64,000 bases of DNA from Deltaproteobacteria bacterium. Lineage in GTDB: Bacteria; Desulfobacterota; Desulfomonilia; UBA1062. A model generated the notes under the pieces. That model was not told the origin of the DNA. It worked only from the letters and a program-made list of their open reading frames with translations, and did not search any database. A program made the position numbers and the translations under genes. Positions 17,353-27,842 of this stretch are shown here, piece after piece. Numbering within the stretch: position 1 is the stretch's first letter; each line of letters starts with the position of its first letter. The stretch covers positions 12,265 through 76,264 of the forward strand of contig DSBG01000091.1 of NCBI GenBank assembly GCA_011046135.1, given 5' to 3'.

Positions 17353-19445
17353 GCAGAAGTAGGAGTCGTTTCGTTGAGGGCTTCTTTTCTGCTGAGCCTG
17401 ACTTTTCCTGTCTTGCTGTCAATACCGATGACTTTCACGATGATGTGATCACCTTCGCTCACCACATCTCGAACGCTCTTGACCCTCTCGTGAGCGAGTT
17501 GGGAAATGTGAACAAGGCCACTGTCGCCGGAGGGAAAATCGACGAAGGCACCAAAGTCCATGATCTTTGCAACCACACCATGGTACACCCGCCCAATTTC
17601 CAATTCCTCTGTGAGTTGATGGATCATGTCTATTGCGATTTTGGCATGATCCTCATCGGGGGAGAAGATGTCTACCCTGCCGGAATCATCGATCTCGATC
17701 TTGGTCTCAGTCTTGGCGATAATTTCTTTGATCACCTTTCCGCCTGGGCCGATGACATCCCGGATCTTGTCAGGATTGATCTGAAGGGTGTAGAATCGAG
17801 GGGCAAAGGACGATATGTCTGCCCGCGGGGCGTTGATCACCTGAGCCATCTTCTCAAGAATGGCCTGCCGCCCAATCCGGGCCTTATCAAGAGCCATCCC
17901 AAGAACCTCCCCGGGAATACCGGAGATCTTGATGTCCATCTGCAGGGCGGTGATGCCATCAGCCGTCCCTGCCACCTTGAAATCCATGTCTCCCAGATGA
18001 TCTTCATCTCCGAGGATATCGGTGAGCACCAGATAGTCATCCTGCTCCTTGATGAGCCCCATCGCGATACCGGCAACCCCTTTCTTCATGGGTATACCTG
18101 CATCCATCAGGGACATGGATCCTGCGCAGACCGTGGCCATGGAGGATGATCCGTTGGATTCAAGAATCTCTGAAACCAGCCGGATTGTATACGGGAAAGA
18201 GTCTTCCTCCGGCAGCAGAGGACTGATTGACCGTTCCGCAAGATTTCCATGCCCGATCTCTCTTCTGCTGGGGGCCCTGAGCATCCGGACCTCGCCGACA
18301 CAAAAGGGCGGGAACGAGTAGTGAAGCATGAAGGATTTTGTCGTCTCTCCCAAAAGCGTCTCAACCCGCTGTTCATCGCGGGGGGTACCGAGTGTCGTGG
18401 TGGCAAGGGCCTGGGTTTCTCCCCTGGTAAACAGAGCAGAGCCATGGGTTCTGGGCAGAAATCCAACAGCGCACTCAATGGTCCTGATGTCGTCAAACCC
18501 CCGGCCGTCGATCCGGACACGCTTCTCTTTCATGAGCCTTCTGATGGTCTTCTTCTCAACCTCCGAGAAGAACATCTTCGCCAGGGCGCCACGCTCTTCT
18601 GGCTCATCGGAAAACCGATCGAGTATCTCCCTGGTCAGTGCGTCGGTGAGCGTCTTTCTCTCCTGTTTTGAATGAGATGACAGGTATATCTGCTCAATCC
18701 TGTTCTCGGAAAGACTCCTGATCTCATCATAGAGTTTCTGATCCTCCTGGACCGGAGAGAACTTCATTTTCTCCTTGCCAGCGAGTCTTCCCAGTTCTTC
18801 AATAGCCTCTACAACTTCCCGAATCCTCGTATGTCCAAACGCTATGGCGTCAAGAATGATCTTTTCCGAAAGCTCCTTCGCCTCTCCCTCCACCATGACG
18901 ATAGCGTCTTTTGTTCCCACCACCAGCAGCTCGAGCGTGCTGTTTTCAAGTTGGGCAACCGAAGGGTCAACCATGAACTCACCATCGATCAATCCGACCC
19001 TGACGCCCCCGATCGGTCCACTGAACGGGATGTTGGATATGTGCAGCGCGGCTGAGGCTCCGTTTATTGCCATGACATCCGGCCTGCAGTCAGGGTCTGC
19101 AGAAAGAACCATGGCGATGACCTGCAGTTCGTTCCGGAAATTCTTCGGAAACAGGGGCCTGATAGGCCTGTCTATGCATCGGGCCGTGAGGATTTCCTGG
19201 TTTCCCGGCCTTCCGTCACGCTTGATGAACCCACCCTTTATCCTTCCTGCAGCATAGCTCATCTCCTGGTACTCGACAACCAGAGGGAGAAAATCCAATC
19301 CTTTACGCTCCTCTTTCGACGCCGTCGCCGTGACGAGCACGACGCTGTCTCCCTGGTATACGAGCACGGAACCATTCGCCTGCCTCGCCACTCGGCCTAC
19401 ATCGAAAATCAGGGGCTGTCTGCCCCCCTTCACTTCTACTCGCAT
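17349..19445 (-). CDS. pnp: polyribonucleotide nucleotidyltransferase (PNPase)
   Basis: 698 aa with two RNase PH domains, KH and S1 domains, and highly conserved sequence. Confidence 0.95.
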   Translation of the reverse strand: MRVEVKGGRQPLIFDVGRVARQANGSVLVYQGDSVVLVTATASKEERKGLDFLPLVVEYQEMSYAAGRIKGGFIKRDGRPGNQEILTARCIDRPIRPLFPKNFRNELQVIAMVLSADPDCRPDVMAINGASAALHISNIPFSGPIGGVRVGLIDGEFMVDPSVAQLENSTLELLVVGTKDAIVMVEGEAKELSEKIILDAIAFGHTRIREVVEAIEELGRLAGKEKMKFSPVQEDQKLYDEIRSLSENRIEQIYLSSHSKQERKTLTDALTREILDRFSDEPEERGALAKMFFSEVEKKTIRRLMKEKRVRIDGRGFDDIRTIECAVGFLPRTHGSALFTRGETQALATTTLGTPRDEQRVETLLGETTKSFMLHYSFPPFCVGEVRMLRAPSRREIGHGNLAERSISPLLPEEDSFPYTIRLVSEILESNGSSSMATVCAGSMSLMDAGIPMKKGVAGIAMGLIKEQDDYLVLTDILGDEDHLGDMDFKVAGTADGITALQMDIKISGIPGEVLGMALDKARIGRQAILEKMAQVINAPRADISSFAPRFYTLQINPDKIRDVIGPGGKVIKEIIAKTETKIEIDDSGRVDIFSPDEDHAKIAIDMIHQLTEELEIGRVYHGVVAKIMDFGAFVDFPSGDSGLVHISQLAHERVKSVRDVVSEGDHIIVKVIGIDSKTGKVRLSRKEALNETTPTSA

Positions 19446-19453
19446 GGTTTCCC

Positions 19454-19723
19454 CTACCTTCGTAAGCTCAACGCTTCCAGCAGACCGCGGTAACGTTTCA
19501 CATCTTTTGCTTTGATATAGTTCAAAAGCCTTCTTCTCTGTCCCACGAGCATGAGCAAACCTCTTCGGGAGTGATGATCCTTCTTGTGCACCTTGAAGTG
19601 TTCAGAAAGATCGTTGATCCTCTTTGTGAGAATGGCGATCTGAACATCCGGCGACCCTGTGTCTTTATCGCTCGTTTTGAATCTGTCGATTATTTCGCTC
19701 TTTTCCTCTACCGTTAATGACAC
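19454..19723 (-). CDS. rpsO: 30S ribosomal protein S15
   Basis: 89 aa, conserved S15 sequence. Confidence 0.95.
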   Translation of the reverse strand: MSLTVEEKSEIIDRFKTSDKDTGSPDVQIAILTKRINDLSEHFKVHKKDHHSRRGLLMLVGQRRRLLNYIKAKDVKRYRGLLEALSLRR

Positions 19724-19821
19724 TTCTTTTTCCTCCTGCGCGTTGTATCAACTCTGTCTTTTTTTTCATCTCTAATTATATTTTTTTAGACTTAACACAC
19801 CAGAGATTCTGATGTAAATAG

Positions 19822-20724
19822 TTAATACGGTCGAAAGCCTCTCTCGATGTATCCGAATATCCCTCCCAGCCGCTCTACTCTGGCAATGCACAGCAGGCGC
19901 AGGTCATTGTTGACCAGGGAAACATACGTGCCCTGCGGGGCATCAATATCATCTATCAACCAGGACAGCTGTATGGGGTGTCCTTCACGAATCCCCTCTT
20001 CCCCCGTGCGAGAGACGCGCGCCTTTGGCAGGAGCAGGGCCTCTGCCAGGGGAACAACGGCCGGCTGATCTGTTTGAACTCTGTGGGCAAAATCCTCCAG
20101 GGTAGAGGCGTCATCGACATGGAACCCCTCTGATCTCATTCTTCTGAGTTCCCGGAGGTATCCGCCATACCCCAGAGATTTCCCGAGATCCCGGGCAATG
20201 GATCGTATATAGGTGCCTCGAGAGCACACGATTCTGACCTTGATCCAGGTATCTCCGGTGGCGAGAATCTCGGCGCTTTCGATGTACACCTGCTTGGGCC
20301 TGGGGAAAACCTCTTTGTTTGCGCGTTTCAACTTGTACAGAGGCCTCCCTCGATATTTCTGGGCGCAGTATTCTGGTGGCATCTGGTTGATCCACCCCCT
20401 GTTCAGGGAAAACCATCGTCGAACCTCTTCGCTGTCCACATGCACATCGTCGAAGCGCTGCAAAGGAGCTCCTGTAATGTCATCCGTCTCCGTAGACATC
20501 TCCAGGCCGATAAGGGCGTGGTACTCCTTTTCGTGGGCGTGCATGAACGGAAGGAGTTTCGTTCCCTGCCCGACGCCGATGCAGAGCAGGCCGGTAGCGA
20601 AGGGATCAAGAGAACCGAAATGACCAGCCCGCTTCACCCTGAGCTTCTCCATCACAATGTCCACAGCCCGGCGGGAGGTGATATTTGCCGGCTTGTCAAT
20701 AAGAACTACCCCTTCTCGATCCAT
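19822..20724 (-). CDS. truB: tRNA pseudouridine(55) synthase TruB
   Basis: 300 aa with a GHFGSLDPFATGLL catalytic-Asp motif and a PUA domain. Confidence 0.9.
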   Translation of the reverse strand: MDREGVVLIDKPANITSRRAVDIVMEKLRVKRAGHFGSLDPFATGLLCIGVGQGTKLLPFMHAHEKEYHALIGLEMSTETDDITGAPLQRFDDVHVDSEEVRRWFSLNRGWINQMPPEYCAQKYRGRPLYKLKRANKEVFPRPKQVYIESAEILATGDTWIKVRIVCSRGTYIRSIARDLGKSLGYGGYLRELRRMRSEGFHVDDASTLEDFAHRVQTDQPAVVPLAEALLLPKARVSRTGEEGIREGHPIQLSWLIDDIDAPQGTYVSLVNNDLRLLCIARVERLGGIFGYIERGFRPY

Positions 20725-21635
20725 CGGCCCCCTTCCTCGATGACATCCTGAATAAGAGCCTTTGCCCTGCCTCGGTGAGTAAATCCTGCAGCCATTGCAT
20801 GTCCCCCGCCACCGAAGGCTCGAGCCGTATTCAACGCAGCTTTCCCGGTTCTGCTCCTGAGGGATCCGTGCACGGTGTCTGGATCGAGCTCCTTGAGCAA
20901 GATGACCAACTCAGCCTCCGCCAGCGAGGCCATCTCATCGATGATGCCGCTGGTATCTTCAGGGCGTGCGCGCGCTCTGAGCATATCAGAAAACTCAATA
21001 TACCCAGCACAGATTCCTTCCTGAAAAAAGAGCCTCTCCATCACGGAACACAACAGGTGAAAAAAGCTCAGAGATCGTGTTTTCCTCAGTTTATTGGCGA
21101 TGGCATTGGGATCAGCTCCTGCCCGCGCAAGATCAGAGGCGAGATTGAAAACCTCAGGCGTGGTATTGGCATGGACAAACCCGCCCGTATCTCCGAACAG
21201 GCCGAGGTACAGGTTCGTTGCCATCGCTGATGAAATGCCTATGTTCAGGTCTGTGCAGAGTTCATAGATCATCTCACTCGTGGAAGATTTCTCAGGAGCG
21301 ATCCAATTGAGATCCCCAAACCCGTCGTTCGTCTTGTGATGATCAATCACAACGATCGTTCCCCGTGGTGTTACTCCAGCAATCATGGACATGTCCGAAA
21401 CATCCAGCAACAGGGAAACATCTGGCGAACTCACCCTGTGTTCCTTGGGAGCGGGCGTGAACTGGAGTGAATCGGGGATAGGGCTCGGATAAATTATCCT
21501 GACGGCCTTTCCCAGCGAGAGCAGCCCAAAAGCGAGCGCCCTGCTGGAACCGACAGCATCCTCGTCAGGGCCTTCATGGGTAATGATTTCAAACGAGGTA
21601 TGCTGCTTGATGAGGTCAATGATCTTGGCTTTCAT
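20706..21635 (-). CDS. nrnA: DHH/DHHA1 phosphoesterase (NrnA-like oligoribonuclease / pAp phosphatase)
   Basis: Contains DHH and GGGH motifs. The start is set to the ATG at 21635 (MKAKIIDLIKQ) with a GGAGAAAG RBS. It overlaps the rbfA stop by 20 nt. Confidence 0.75.
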   Translation of the reverse strand: MKAKIIDLIKQHTSFEIITHEGPDEDAVGSSRALAFGLLSLGKAVRIIYPSPIPDSLQFTPAPKEHRVSSPDVSLLLDVSDMSMIAGVTPRGTIVVIDHHKTNDGFGDLNWIAPEKSSTSEMIYELCTDLNIGISSAMATNLYLGLFGDTGGFVHANTTPEVFNLASDLARAGADPNAIANKLRKTRSLSFFHLLCSVMERLFFQEGICAGYIEFSDMLRARARPEDTSGIIDEMASLAEAELVILLKELDPDTVHGSLRSRTGKAALNTARAFGGGGHAMAAGFTHRGRAKALIQDVIEEGGRWIEKG

Positions 21636-21978
21636 CTTTCTCCAGGTGTTCCAGTATGCTGTCAATCTTTGTTCCGTAATCGAAGGACTCGTCATAGGAG
21701 AACGTAAGCTGCGGAACACTCTTGATCCTCAGCGTTCGGCTCAATTCATGGCGGAGAAAGCCGGCTGCGCTCTGAAGTCCTCCCAGGGCATCATCTTTTC
21801 TTTCTTGATCCAAAACACAGAAAAAGACCCGGCTCACCTTCAGATCAACGCTCACCTCAACCCCGGTGATGGTAACCCCTTCCAGACGGGGGTCCTTCAC
21901 TTTGCGCTGAAGCAGTTCAGCGAGAGACTGCTTCAGAAGATCTCCTACCCGAGCCTGTCTGAGCGTGAGAATCTTCAT
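21616..21978 (-). CDS. rbfA: ribosome-binding factor A
   Basis: 120 aa, conserved RbfA sequence. Confidence 0.9.
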   Translation of the reverse strand: MKILTLRQARVGDLLKQSLAELLQRKVKDPRLEGVTITGVEVSVDLKVSRVFFCVLDQERKDDALGGLQSAAGFLRHELSRTLRIKSVPQLTFSYDESFDYGTKIDSILEHLEKDESQDH

Positions 21979-22259
21979 ACGTGTAGAATCTCTCTCGTAC
22001 TGTTTATGATCTCGATCCCATTTTCTCCCGCGAGGTACTCGATGATCCTGTCCGTGAGGGACGTGATATACGTCGCATCATTGCTCACCATCACGAGACC
22101 AAGGGTCGTTGCCTGCCATTTGTCGTAATCATCGATCTCGGCAATGGAAATGTTCATGCGTGAAATACGGTCTTTGATCGATTTCAAGGCCTTGCGCTTT
22201 TCCTTCAACGAGCGGGCGCCATGGACCTTCAGCCGAACTTCGACAGCGCCGATCACCAC
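21975..22259 (-). CDS. DUF503 (YlxP-like) protein
   Basis: 94 aa. This is the characteristic small gene found between infB and rbfA. Confidence 0.75.
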   Translation of the reverse strand: MVIGAVEVRLKVHGARSLKEKRKALKSIKDRISRMNISIAEIDDYDKWQATTLGLVMVSNDATYITSLTDRIIEYLAGENGIEIINSTREILHV

Positions 22260-24895
22260 GGGGAGTCAGTCTCCACGCGCTCTTGGGAGAAAGATTCGAT
22301 CACATCACCGATCTTCAGGTCATTGAAGTTCCCTATGCCGATTCCGCATTCAAAGCCGGAGGCAACATCGCGCGCATCGTCTTTGAATCTCTTGAGCGAT
22401 TCCACCTTTCCCTGATGAACAACCACATTGTCCCTGAGAATTCGCACATGGGAACCACGAGATATCGTTCCATCGGTTACCATGCATCCGGCGATTACCC
22501 CGATTTTCGGAACACGGAAGAGGTCCCGCACTTCGGCTCTGCCGTTGACAACTTCTTTGAAAACAGGCTCCAGCATGCCATGTAAGGCCTTCTTGATATC
22601 CTCGATGAGATCATAAATGATGCTGTAGAGTTTTATTTCAACCTGGTGCTTTTTTGCCAACTCTCTCACCTTGGGTTCAGGCCTGACATTGAACCCCAGA
22701 ATGATGGACAGCGATGTAGATGCAAGGAGCACGTCGTTCTCAGTGATACCTCCCACTCCTGCGTGGAGGATAGTGATACGCATGCTCTCCCCTGTATCAA
22801 TGCCCTGTATCGCATTCTCTATCGCCTCCACGGACCCATGTACATCTCCTTTAAGGATGATGTTGAGTTCCTTTATCTTGCCCGCCTGGACCTGATTGTA
22901 CAGGTCCTCGAGCGTTACCTGTGGCTTCTGTTCTTGAATCTGCTGACGAGCGATCTCCCGATTGTTCTGGAGATACGCCACGATTTCTTTCGCTTTCTTT
23001 TCGCCCGGCACCACAAAAAAACTGTCCCCAGCTGAAGGAATCTCGCTGAATCCCAAGATCTCCACTGGCGTGGCGGGAAAAGCCTGGTTCAGGGGCTTGC
23101 CACGGAAATCGAACATGGCACGGGCCTTGCCCCACGTAGTCCCTACGATGAAGACATCTCCCCTCTTCATTTCTCCGTGCTGAATGAGAACCGAGCACAT
23201 GGGCCCTCTGCTCTTGTCCAGCTTGGCTTCCAGCACGACACCCCTGGCATTGCCCTTGGAACACGCCTTGATATCCATGATCTCGGCCTGGAGGAGAATC
23301 ATCTCCAGAAGATCTTCGATGCCAACACGATTTTTAGCTGACACATCCACATAGATCGTTTCCCCACCCCAGTCTTCTGGAACAAGGCCAAACTCGGAAA
23401 GTTGCTCTCTAACTCTCAGGGGATTCGCGTTTGGTTTATCGATCTTGTTGACGGCGATAAGAATTGGAATGTCTGCTGCCTTGGCATGATTGATCGCTTC
23501 CCGGGTCTGATCCATAACCCCGTCATCGGCTGCGACAACCAGCACGACAAAATCCGTTGCCTTCGCGCCCCGTGATCTCATGGAAGTGAAGGCCTCGTGC
23601 CCGGGGGTGTCAATAAAGGTGATGAGTTTTCCCTTACAGTGGGCCTGGTATGCTCCGATATGCTGAGTAATTCCTCCAAATTCCGTCTCCATGACATTTT
23701 CAGAGCGTATGGCATCGAGCAAAGATGTCTTTCCATGGTCGACATGCCCCATGACGGTAACCACGGGTGGCCGGGGAGAAAGATCCTCGGGGCTGTAGGT
23801 TGGTTCGGTATAGAAATCCTCCTTGATCTCGTCTCGGATTTCCTCCACCTCGTAACCAAGCTCTTCTGATACGAGAATCGCGTCTTCTGATGAAATATAC
23901 TGATTTGCAGTGACGAGAACGCCCAGATCCATGAGAATCTTGATAACCTCTGAAACCTTCACGCCCATCTCTTTAGCGAGGGCCGAAACAACGATGGCCT
24001 TTCCGATCTTAATGGGCTTTCTTTTTGCTGGGGCTACTGCTGCAAGCCCCCTCTTGTCTTTTCTCTTTTTCTGTTTCTTTCCCGGGCCTGTTCGGACTGC
24101 CCCGTAGAGATCGCTCTGGGTATAGACTTCCTTTTCCCGAACCTTCTTTGGCTTCTTGACCCCCGGCCGGGCTGCACTCTCTTTCTCTTTTTCTCCCTCT
24201 TTTTCAACTTCTTCGAGAACCCGGGGTTTCTTTCCTTTCTTTTTCTCTTTCTTCTTTTCCTTATCTTCTTCCTCTTTTTTCTCCGCAGGTTTCCCCTCTT
24301 CTCCTTCGGGTTCTTTCAGGGGTATCTCCGGGAACGCTTCTGCCTGGGTGGGTACGTCCCCGGATTCAGGAGCAGAAACTTCAGGTGCGCGAGTATCCTC
24401 AGATGCGAGCTCTCTCTGCACAAGGCTCTCGGATTGTGCCTCGAGGGGTATTTCCACTGCTTCCTGAGATTCTCCTGCCGGAATCTCCTCAGGAGCCGCA
24501 GGCTCAATCGTTTCTTCCTTCTTCTTTCTGGTCGGCTTCTTCTGCTCCTTGGTCGGTTTCTTCTCTCCTTCCGCGGGTTGATCGAGCTTTTGTTCTGGTT
24601 CCTCTGGTTGTGATCCGGCGGCTACAGGTTCTTTTTCCTGGGTAGGAGCAACACGGGCTCTGCGCCTGATAATGTTGGCGCTGACACGTTTTTCCACGTA
24701 CTCTTCCTGGGGCACGTCATCTTCTTTCTTCTGTATGTCCTTCTCGAGTCTTTTTTGGATCCGCTCGATATCATGGACATCCACAATGCTCATAATGTTC
24801 TCAACGGGAATGGCCAGATCCTTGGCAATCCTGAGCAAATCTTTCGTCTCGATGGATAACTCTTTGGCCAGTTCAGATATTCTCATCTTTTTCAT
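22253..24895 (-). CDS. infB: translation initiation factor IF-2
   Basis: 880 aa with a low-complexity Lys/Glu-rich N-terminal region, the G domain GHVDHGKT...DTPGH...NKID, and a C-terminal beta barrel. Confidence 0.95.
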   Translation of the reverse strand: MKKMRISELAKELSIETKDLLRIAKDLAIPVENIMSIVDVHDIERIQKRLEKDIQKKEDDVPQEEYVEKRVSANIIRRRARVAPTQEKEPVAAGSQPEEPEQKLDQPAEGEKKPTKEQKKPTRKKKEETIEPAAPEEIPAGESQEAVEIPLEAQSESLVQRELASEDTRAPEVSAPESGDVPTQAEAFPEIPLKEPEGEEGKPAEKKEEEDKEKKKEKKKGKKPRVLEEVEKEGEKEKESAARPGVKKPKKVREKEVYTQSDLYGAVRTGPGKKQKKRKDKRGLAAVAPAKRKPIKIGKAIVVSALAKEMGVKVSEVIKILMDLGVLVTANQYISSEDAILVSEELGYEVEEIRDEIKEDFYTEPTYSPEDLSPRPPVVTVMGHVDHGKTSLLDAIRSENVMETEFGGITQHIGAYQAHCKGKLITFIDTPGHEAFTSMRSRGAKATDFVVLVVAADDGVMDQTREAINHAKAADIPILIAVNKIDKPNANPLRVREQLSEFGLVPEDWGGETIYVDVSAKNRVGIEDLLEMILLQAEIMDIKACSKGNARGVVLEAKLDKSRGPMCSVLIQHGEMKRGDVFIVGTTWGKARAMFDFRGKPLNQAFPATPVEILGFSEIPSAGDSFFVVPGEKKAKEIVAYLQNNREIARQQIQEQKPQVTLEDLYNQVQAGKIKELNIILKGDVHGSVEAIENAIQGIDTGESMRITILHAGVGGITENDVLLASTSLSIILGFNVRPEPKVRELAKKHQVEIKLYSIIYDLIEDIKKALHGMLEPVFKEVVNGRAEVRDLFRVPKIGVIAGCMVTDGTISRGSHVRILRDNVVVHQGKVESLKRFKDDARDVASGFECGIGIGNFNDLKIGDVIESFSQERVETDSPW

Positions 24896-25506
24896 AGTGC
24901 TTGCCCCTTGGGAGACAGCCGTTCATACATTTGAAGCTCTTTGAGTAAAGGCTCGCACAGGGAACAGGCTCCCTTGGCGATGCAAACCGTCGTCGGACGT
25001 ATCAAGCTCTCGGGGAGACGAAAAAGATGCGCTCCCCGCTCGATGGTCAACTGCCTGAATATATATTGTTTTTCATCAGGTAGATCCTCAGGAATCAGAA
25101 CTATATCCCCGTGCGTAACCTCTTTCTCGGGTTGCGAAAGACTCTTTGCATGGCCGCTTCTCCCGAGAAGCTGCAGCTTCTTTTCTATCGAAACGAGAAT
25201 GGATGTCTCTGTTTCGGAAATCAAACTCATAAGCTTTTTTTCATCCCGAGGATACGCTCTCATCTTCTTGTTTTTCGCCGCCCTGTAAAAGCACACGTGA
25301 CTGGGGCAAAGATAAAACCCTCTCCCCATCAACCGCTGTTGCCGGTCATGGACAATTTTTCCCTGTTTTTCCTGCACAAATCGCAGCAGTTCGTGCTTCG
25401 GCAGCACCTTTTTGCACCCCACGCACTGTCTCTTCTGCCCTGTTTTCCTATGACTCACGCGTGACAACTGTCGCCATTGCGATAATCTGCTTTGCAAGGG
25501 CCTCAT
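24892..25506 (-). CDS. ylxR: YlxR/DUF448-family RNA-binding protein with a C-terminal L7Ae/YlxQ-like extension (apparent fusion)
   Basis: The YlxR signature QCVGCKKVLPKHELLRFV...GRGFYLCPSHVC is present, followed by about 110 extra residues resembling YlxQ/L7Ae. The start is set to the ATG at 25506, which has a GGGAG RBS inside the nusA 3' end (59-nt overlap). The track ORF extends further to 25626. Confidence 0.65.
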   Translation of the reverse strand: MRPLQSRLSQWRQLSRVSHRKTGQKRQCVGCKKVLPKHELLRFVQEKQGKIVHDRQQRLMGRGFYLCPSHVCFYRAAKNKKMRAYPRDEKKLMSLISETETSILVSIEKKLQLLGRSGHAKSLSQPEKEVTHGDIVLIPEDLPDEKQYIFRQLTIERGAHLFRLPESLIRPTTVCIAKGACSLCEPLLKELQMYERLSPKGQAL

Positions 25507-26686
25507 CAACTCCCTCGAATTCAAGAAGGTCTTCCTCCTTTGCCCGAGCAAGGTCTTCAACACTCTTGTATCCTGCCTCCGTAAGCGCCTCTGCCAGGCT
25601 CGCATCGATTTCCTTGATGCTTGCAAGCGATCGATTTTCTTCAGAAGAAACGATCTGTTCGCTCCCCTCTGCGCTCACATCTATCTTCCACCCGGTGAGC
25701 TTGGCCACAAGCCTCACATTTTGCCCTTTCCTCCCGATGGCAAGACTCAGCTGATCATCTGCAACAATCACATCCATACTCCATGCCCCTTTATCCACGA
25801 TCACCTTGGAAACACGCGCAGGAGAAAGAGCATTACAGACAAACTTGACCGGATCCTCTGACCAGACGATGATGTCCTGCCGTTCACCCTTGAGTTCCTG
25901 AATCACATTCTGAACCCTGGCTCCCCGTACCCCGACGCAGGTTCCCACCGGATCAACCTTTGGGTCGTGGGAGCGAACTGCGATCTTTGCGCGGATACCC
26001 GGCTCTCTGGCCACGGTAACGATTTCAACGATTCCTTCGGCCACTTCGGGAACTTCCATTTCATAGAGCTTCTCGAGAAATCTCGGGTGTGTTCGAGAGA
26101 GCTCAACTTGTGGATTTTTCAATGACTTTGTCACATCGAGGATGAGCGCCTGAACACGATCTCCCCGCTTGAGGACCTCGCCTGGGATCTGTTCTTTTTC
26201 TCTCAAAATCGCCTCTGCTTTGCCGAGGTTTACAATACCATCTCTGCGATCGAACCGATGAATGAACCCTGAGACAAGTTCTCCCTTGCGGTCGATAAAA
26301 TCATGGAAGATGGCATCTCTCTCCACTTCCTTGACCTTCTGGACGATAACCTGTTTGGCGCTCTGCGCGGCGATCCTTCCTAGCTTGGAGGAATCGAGCT
26401 TCTCTCCGAGCTCGTCACCGATCTGGCAGTTTGGATCGAGCTTTCTCGCCTGGGAAAGGGAAATTTCCTGGTTCGGATCAAGGACCTCCTGGGCGATGAC
26501 TTTGAACTGGAAGACCTCAACCTCATCAAGCTCAGGATTGTACTGGGCCTCGATATTGTCGAAATCTCCGTACACCTTTCGTGCTGCAGACTGTACGGCC
26601 GCCTCCACAACCCCAACAAGATCCTCCTGCCGAAGGCCTTTTTCCTTGACAATGAGCTCTATCACCTTTGAAAGATTTAAGACCAT
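25448..26686 (-). CDS. nusA: transcription termination/antitermination factor NusA
   Basis: 412 aa with an N-terminal domain, S1 and two KH domains, and a C-terminal acidic repeat. Confidence 0.95.
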   Translation of the reverse strand: MVLNLSKVIELIVKEKGLRQEDLVGVVEAAVQSAARKVYGDFDNIEAQYNPELDEVEVFQFKVIAQEVLDPNQEISLSQARKLDPNCQIGDELGEKLDSSKLGRIAAQSAKQVIVQKVKEVERDAIFHDFIDRKGELVSGFIHRFDRRDGIVNLGKAEAILREKEQIPGEVLKRGDRVQALILDVTKSLKNPQVELSRTHPRFLEKLYEMEVPEVAEGIVEIVTVAREPGIRAKIAVRSHDPKVDPVGTCVGVRGARVQNVIQELKGERQDIIVWSEDPVKFVCNALSPARVSKVIVDKGAWSMDVIVADDQLSLAIGRKGQNVRLVAKLTGWKIDVSAEGSEQIVSSEENRSLASIKEIDASLAEALTEAGYKSVEDLARAKEEDLLEFEGVDEALAKQIIAMATVVTRES

Positions 26687-26698
26687 ACCCTCTCCCCG

Positions 26699-27133
26699 CT
26701 AGAAATCAAATTCTAGATTGGCCTTTACGATGGAATCAAGCAGGAGCTTCATATCTTTGCCTTCTTCAACCAAGATGACCTCATCTCCCGTCATTCCCTT
26801 AATCGTGCCTCTGTGAACACCGTCGGGTGTCAGTATCTTCACCTTTCTTCCTGAAAAGTGTTCGAAATCTCTTCTCGTTTTCAACCTCCGGTTCAGCCCG
26901 GGAGAGGAAACCTCGAGCCGGTATGATCCATCGATAAAATCCCGAGTATCCAGAAGGGCACTCACCCGCCTGTTCACAGCCACACAGTCATCCAGGGTGA
27001 CGCCTCCGGGTTTGTCCAAGGTCAGCCTCAGGACTCCACCGGAAAACGAGATCTCGATGAGCTCAAAACCCATCAGGGAAATCTCCGGATTCACCAGCGC
27101 TTCCATGTCATCTAGCAGTGCCGTCTCCCTCAT
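26699..27133 (-). CDS. rimP: ribosome maturation factor RimP
   Basis: The start is set to the ATG at 27133 (MRETALLDDMEALVNPEISLMGFELIEI). The longer track ORF would read through the tRNA-Gly and the terminator hairpin. Confidence 0.8.
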   Translation of the reverse strand: MRETALLDDMEALVNPEISLMGFELIEISFSGGVLRLTLDKPGGVTLDDCVAVNRRVSALLDTRDFIDGSYRLEVSSPGLNRRLKTRRDFEHFSGRKVKILTPDGVHRGTIKGMTGDEVILVEEGKDMKLLLDSIVKANLEFDF

Positions 27134-27141
27134 CAGGAAAT

Positions 27142-27167
27142 AAAAAAGTGGGCATGTGCCCACTTTT
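27142..27167 (-). terminator. bidirectional intrinsic terminator-like hairpin between tRNA-Gly and rimP
   Basis: AAAAAAGTGGGCATGTGCCCACTTTT is a near-perfect palindrome with a 6-bp GC-rich stem. On the minus strand it is followed by a 6-U tract. Confidence 0.6.
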
Positions 27168-27207
27168 CGCCTCCTTGTCTGCCCTAGTCTCGCTTCCCAA
27201 ACCATCC

Positions 27208-27283
27208 TGGAGCGGGCAACGGGATTCGAACCCGCGACATTCAGCTTGGGAAGCTGACACTCTACCAACTGAGCTATGCCCGC
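27208..27283 (-). tRNA. tRNA-Gly (anticodon CCC) with encoded CCA
   Basis: The reverse complement GCGGGCATAGCTCAGTTGGTAGAGTGTCAGCTTCCCAAGCTGAATGTCGCGGGTTCGAATCCCGTTGCCCGCTCCA folds as a cloverleaf with anticodon CCC. Confidence 0.9.
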
Positions 27284-27443
27284 ACAGATACTCCTAATAG
27301 AATATGACCTTTGCTTTGTCAACCAATGTTTAGAACAGCGTCGAGAAGCGGTTTTTCCGTCCCTTCTGTCTCGTCAAACAGAGAGGGGGAAACGCGCCAT
27401 GAAAAAACGACGAGAGGAGAACGACTCTCCCCGTCACGCTTCG

Positions 27444-27842
27444 TCAATCAGGAAGTAGTTTCAGCAGGACAGAACGTTTTCTCGGTCCGTCGAACTCTGC
27501 GAGAAAGATTCCCTGCCATGTTCCTAAAACAAGGGCAGAGCTCTCCACAAACACGGTTACACTCGATCCCAGGAGACTCGCCTTGATGTGCGCATCTGCG
27601 TTTCCCTCTACGTGTCTGTATTCATGATCGCGAGGAACCATGGTGTCGAGAAAGGAGAGAATGTCTTCCTTCACCGCAGGATCAGCATTTTCATTTATCG
27701 TAATGCCGCAGGTCGAATGTGGAATGTAGAGAATAAGCACCCCTGAAGTCATGTTCTCGCTCCTGAGAAACGTCCGAACCTGTGAGGTGATCTCTATGAG
27801 CTGTACGCGTGATGATGTCTTCACTTCTAGTCGCTTGAGCAT
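27444..27842 (-). CDS. YjbQ/UPF0047 family secondary thiamine-phosphate synthase-like protein
   Basis: 132 aa, conserved YjbQ fold sequence. Confidence 0.75.
   Translation of the reverse strand: MLKRLEVKTSSRVQLIEITSQVRTFLRSENMTSGVLILYIPHSTCGITINENADPAVKEDILSFLDTMVPRDHEYRHVEGNADAHIKASLLGSSVTVFVESSALVLGTWQGIFLAEFDGPRKRSVLLKLLPD

Noticed and set aside
24100-24330. Repetitive CTTT/TTCT-rich DNA that could be mistaken for a tandem repeat or CRISPR-like array
   Set aside because: It encodes the Lys/Glu-rich low-complexity N-terminal region of IF-2 and is in frame within infB. It has no unit repeats with spacers
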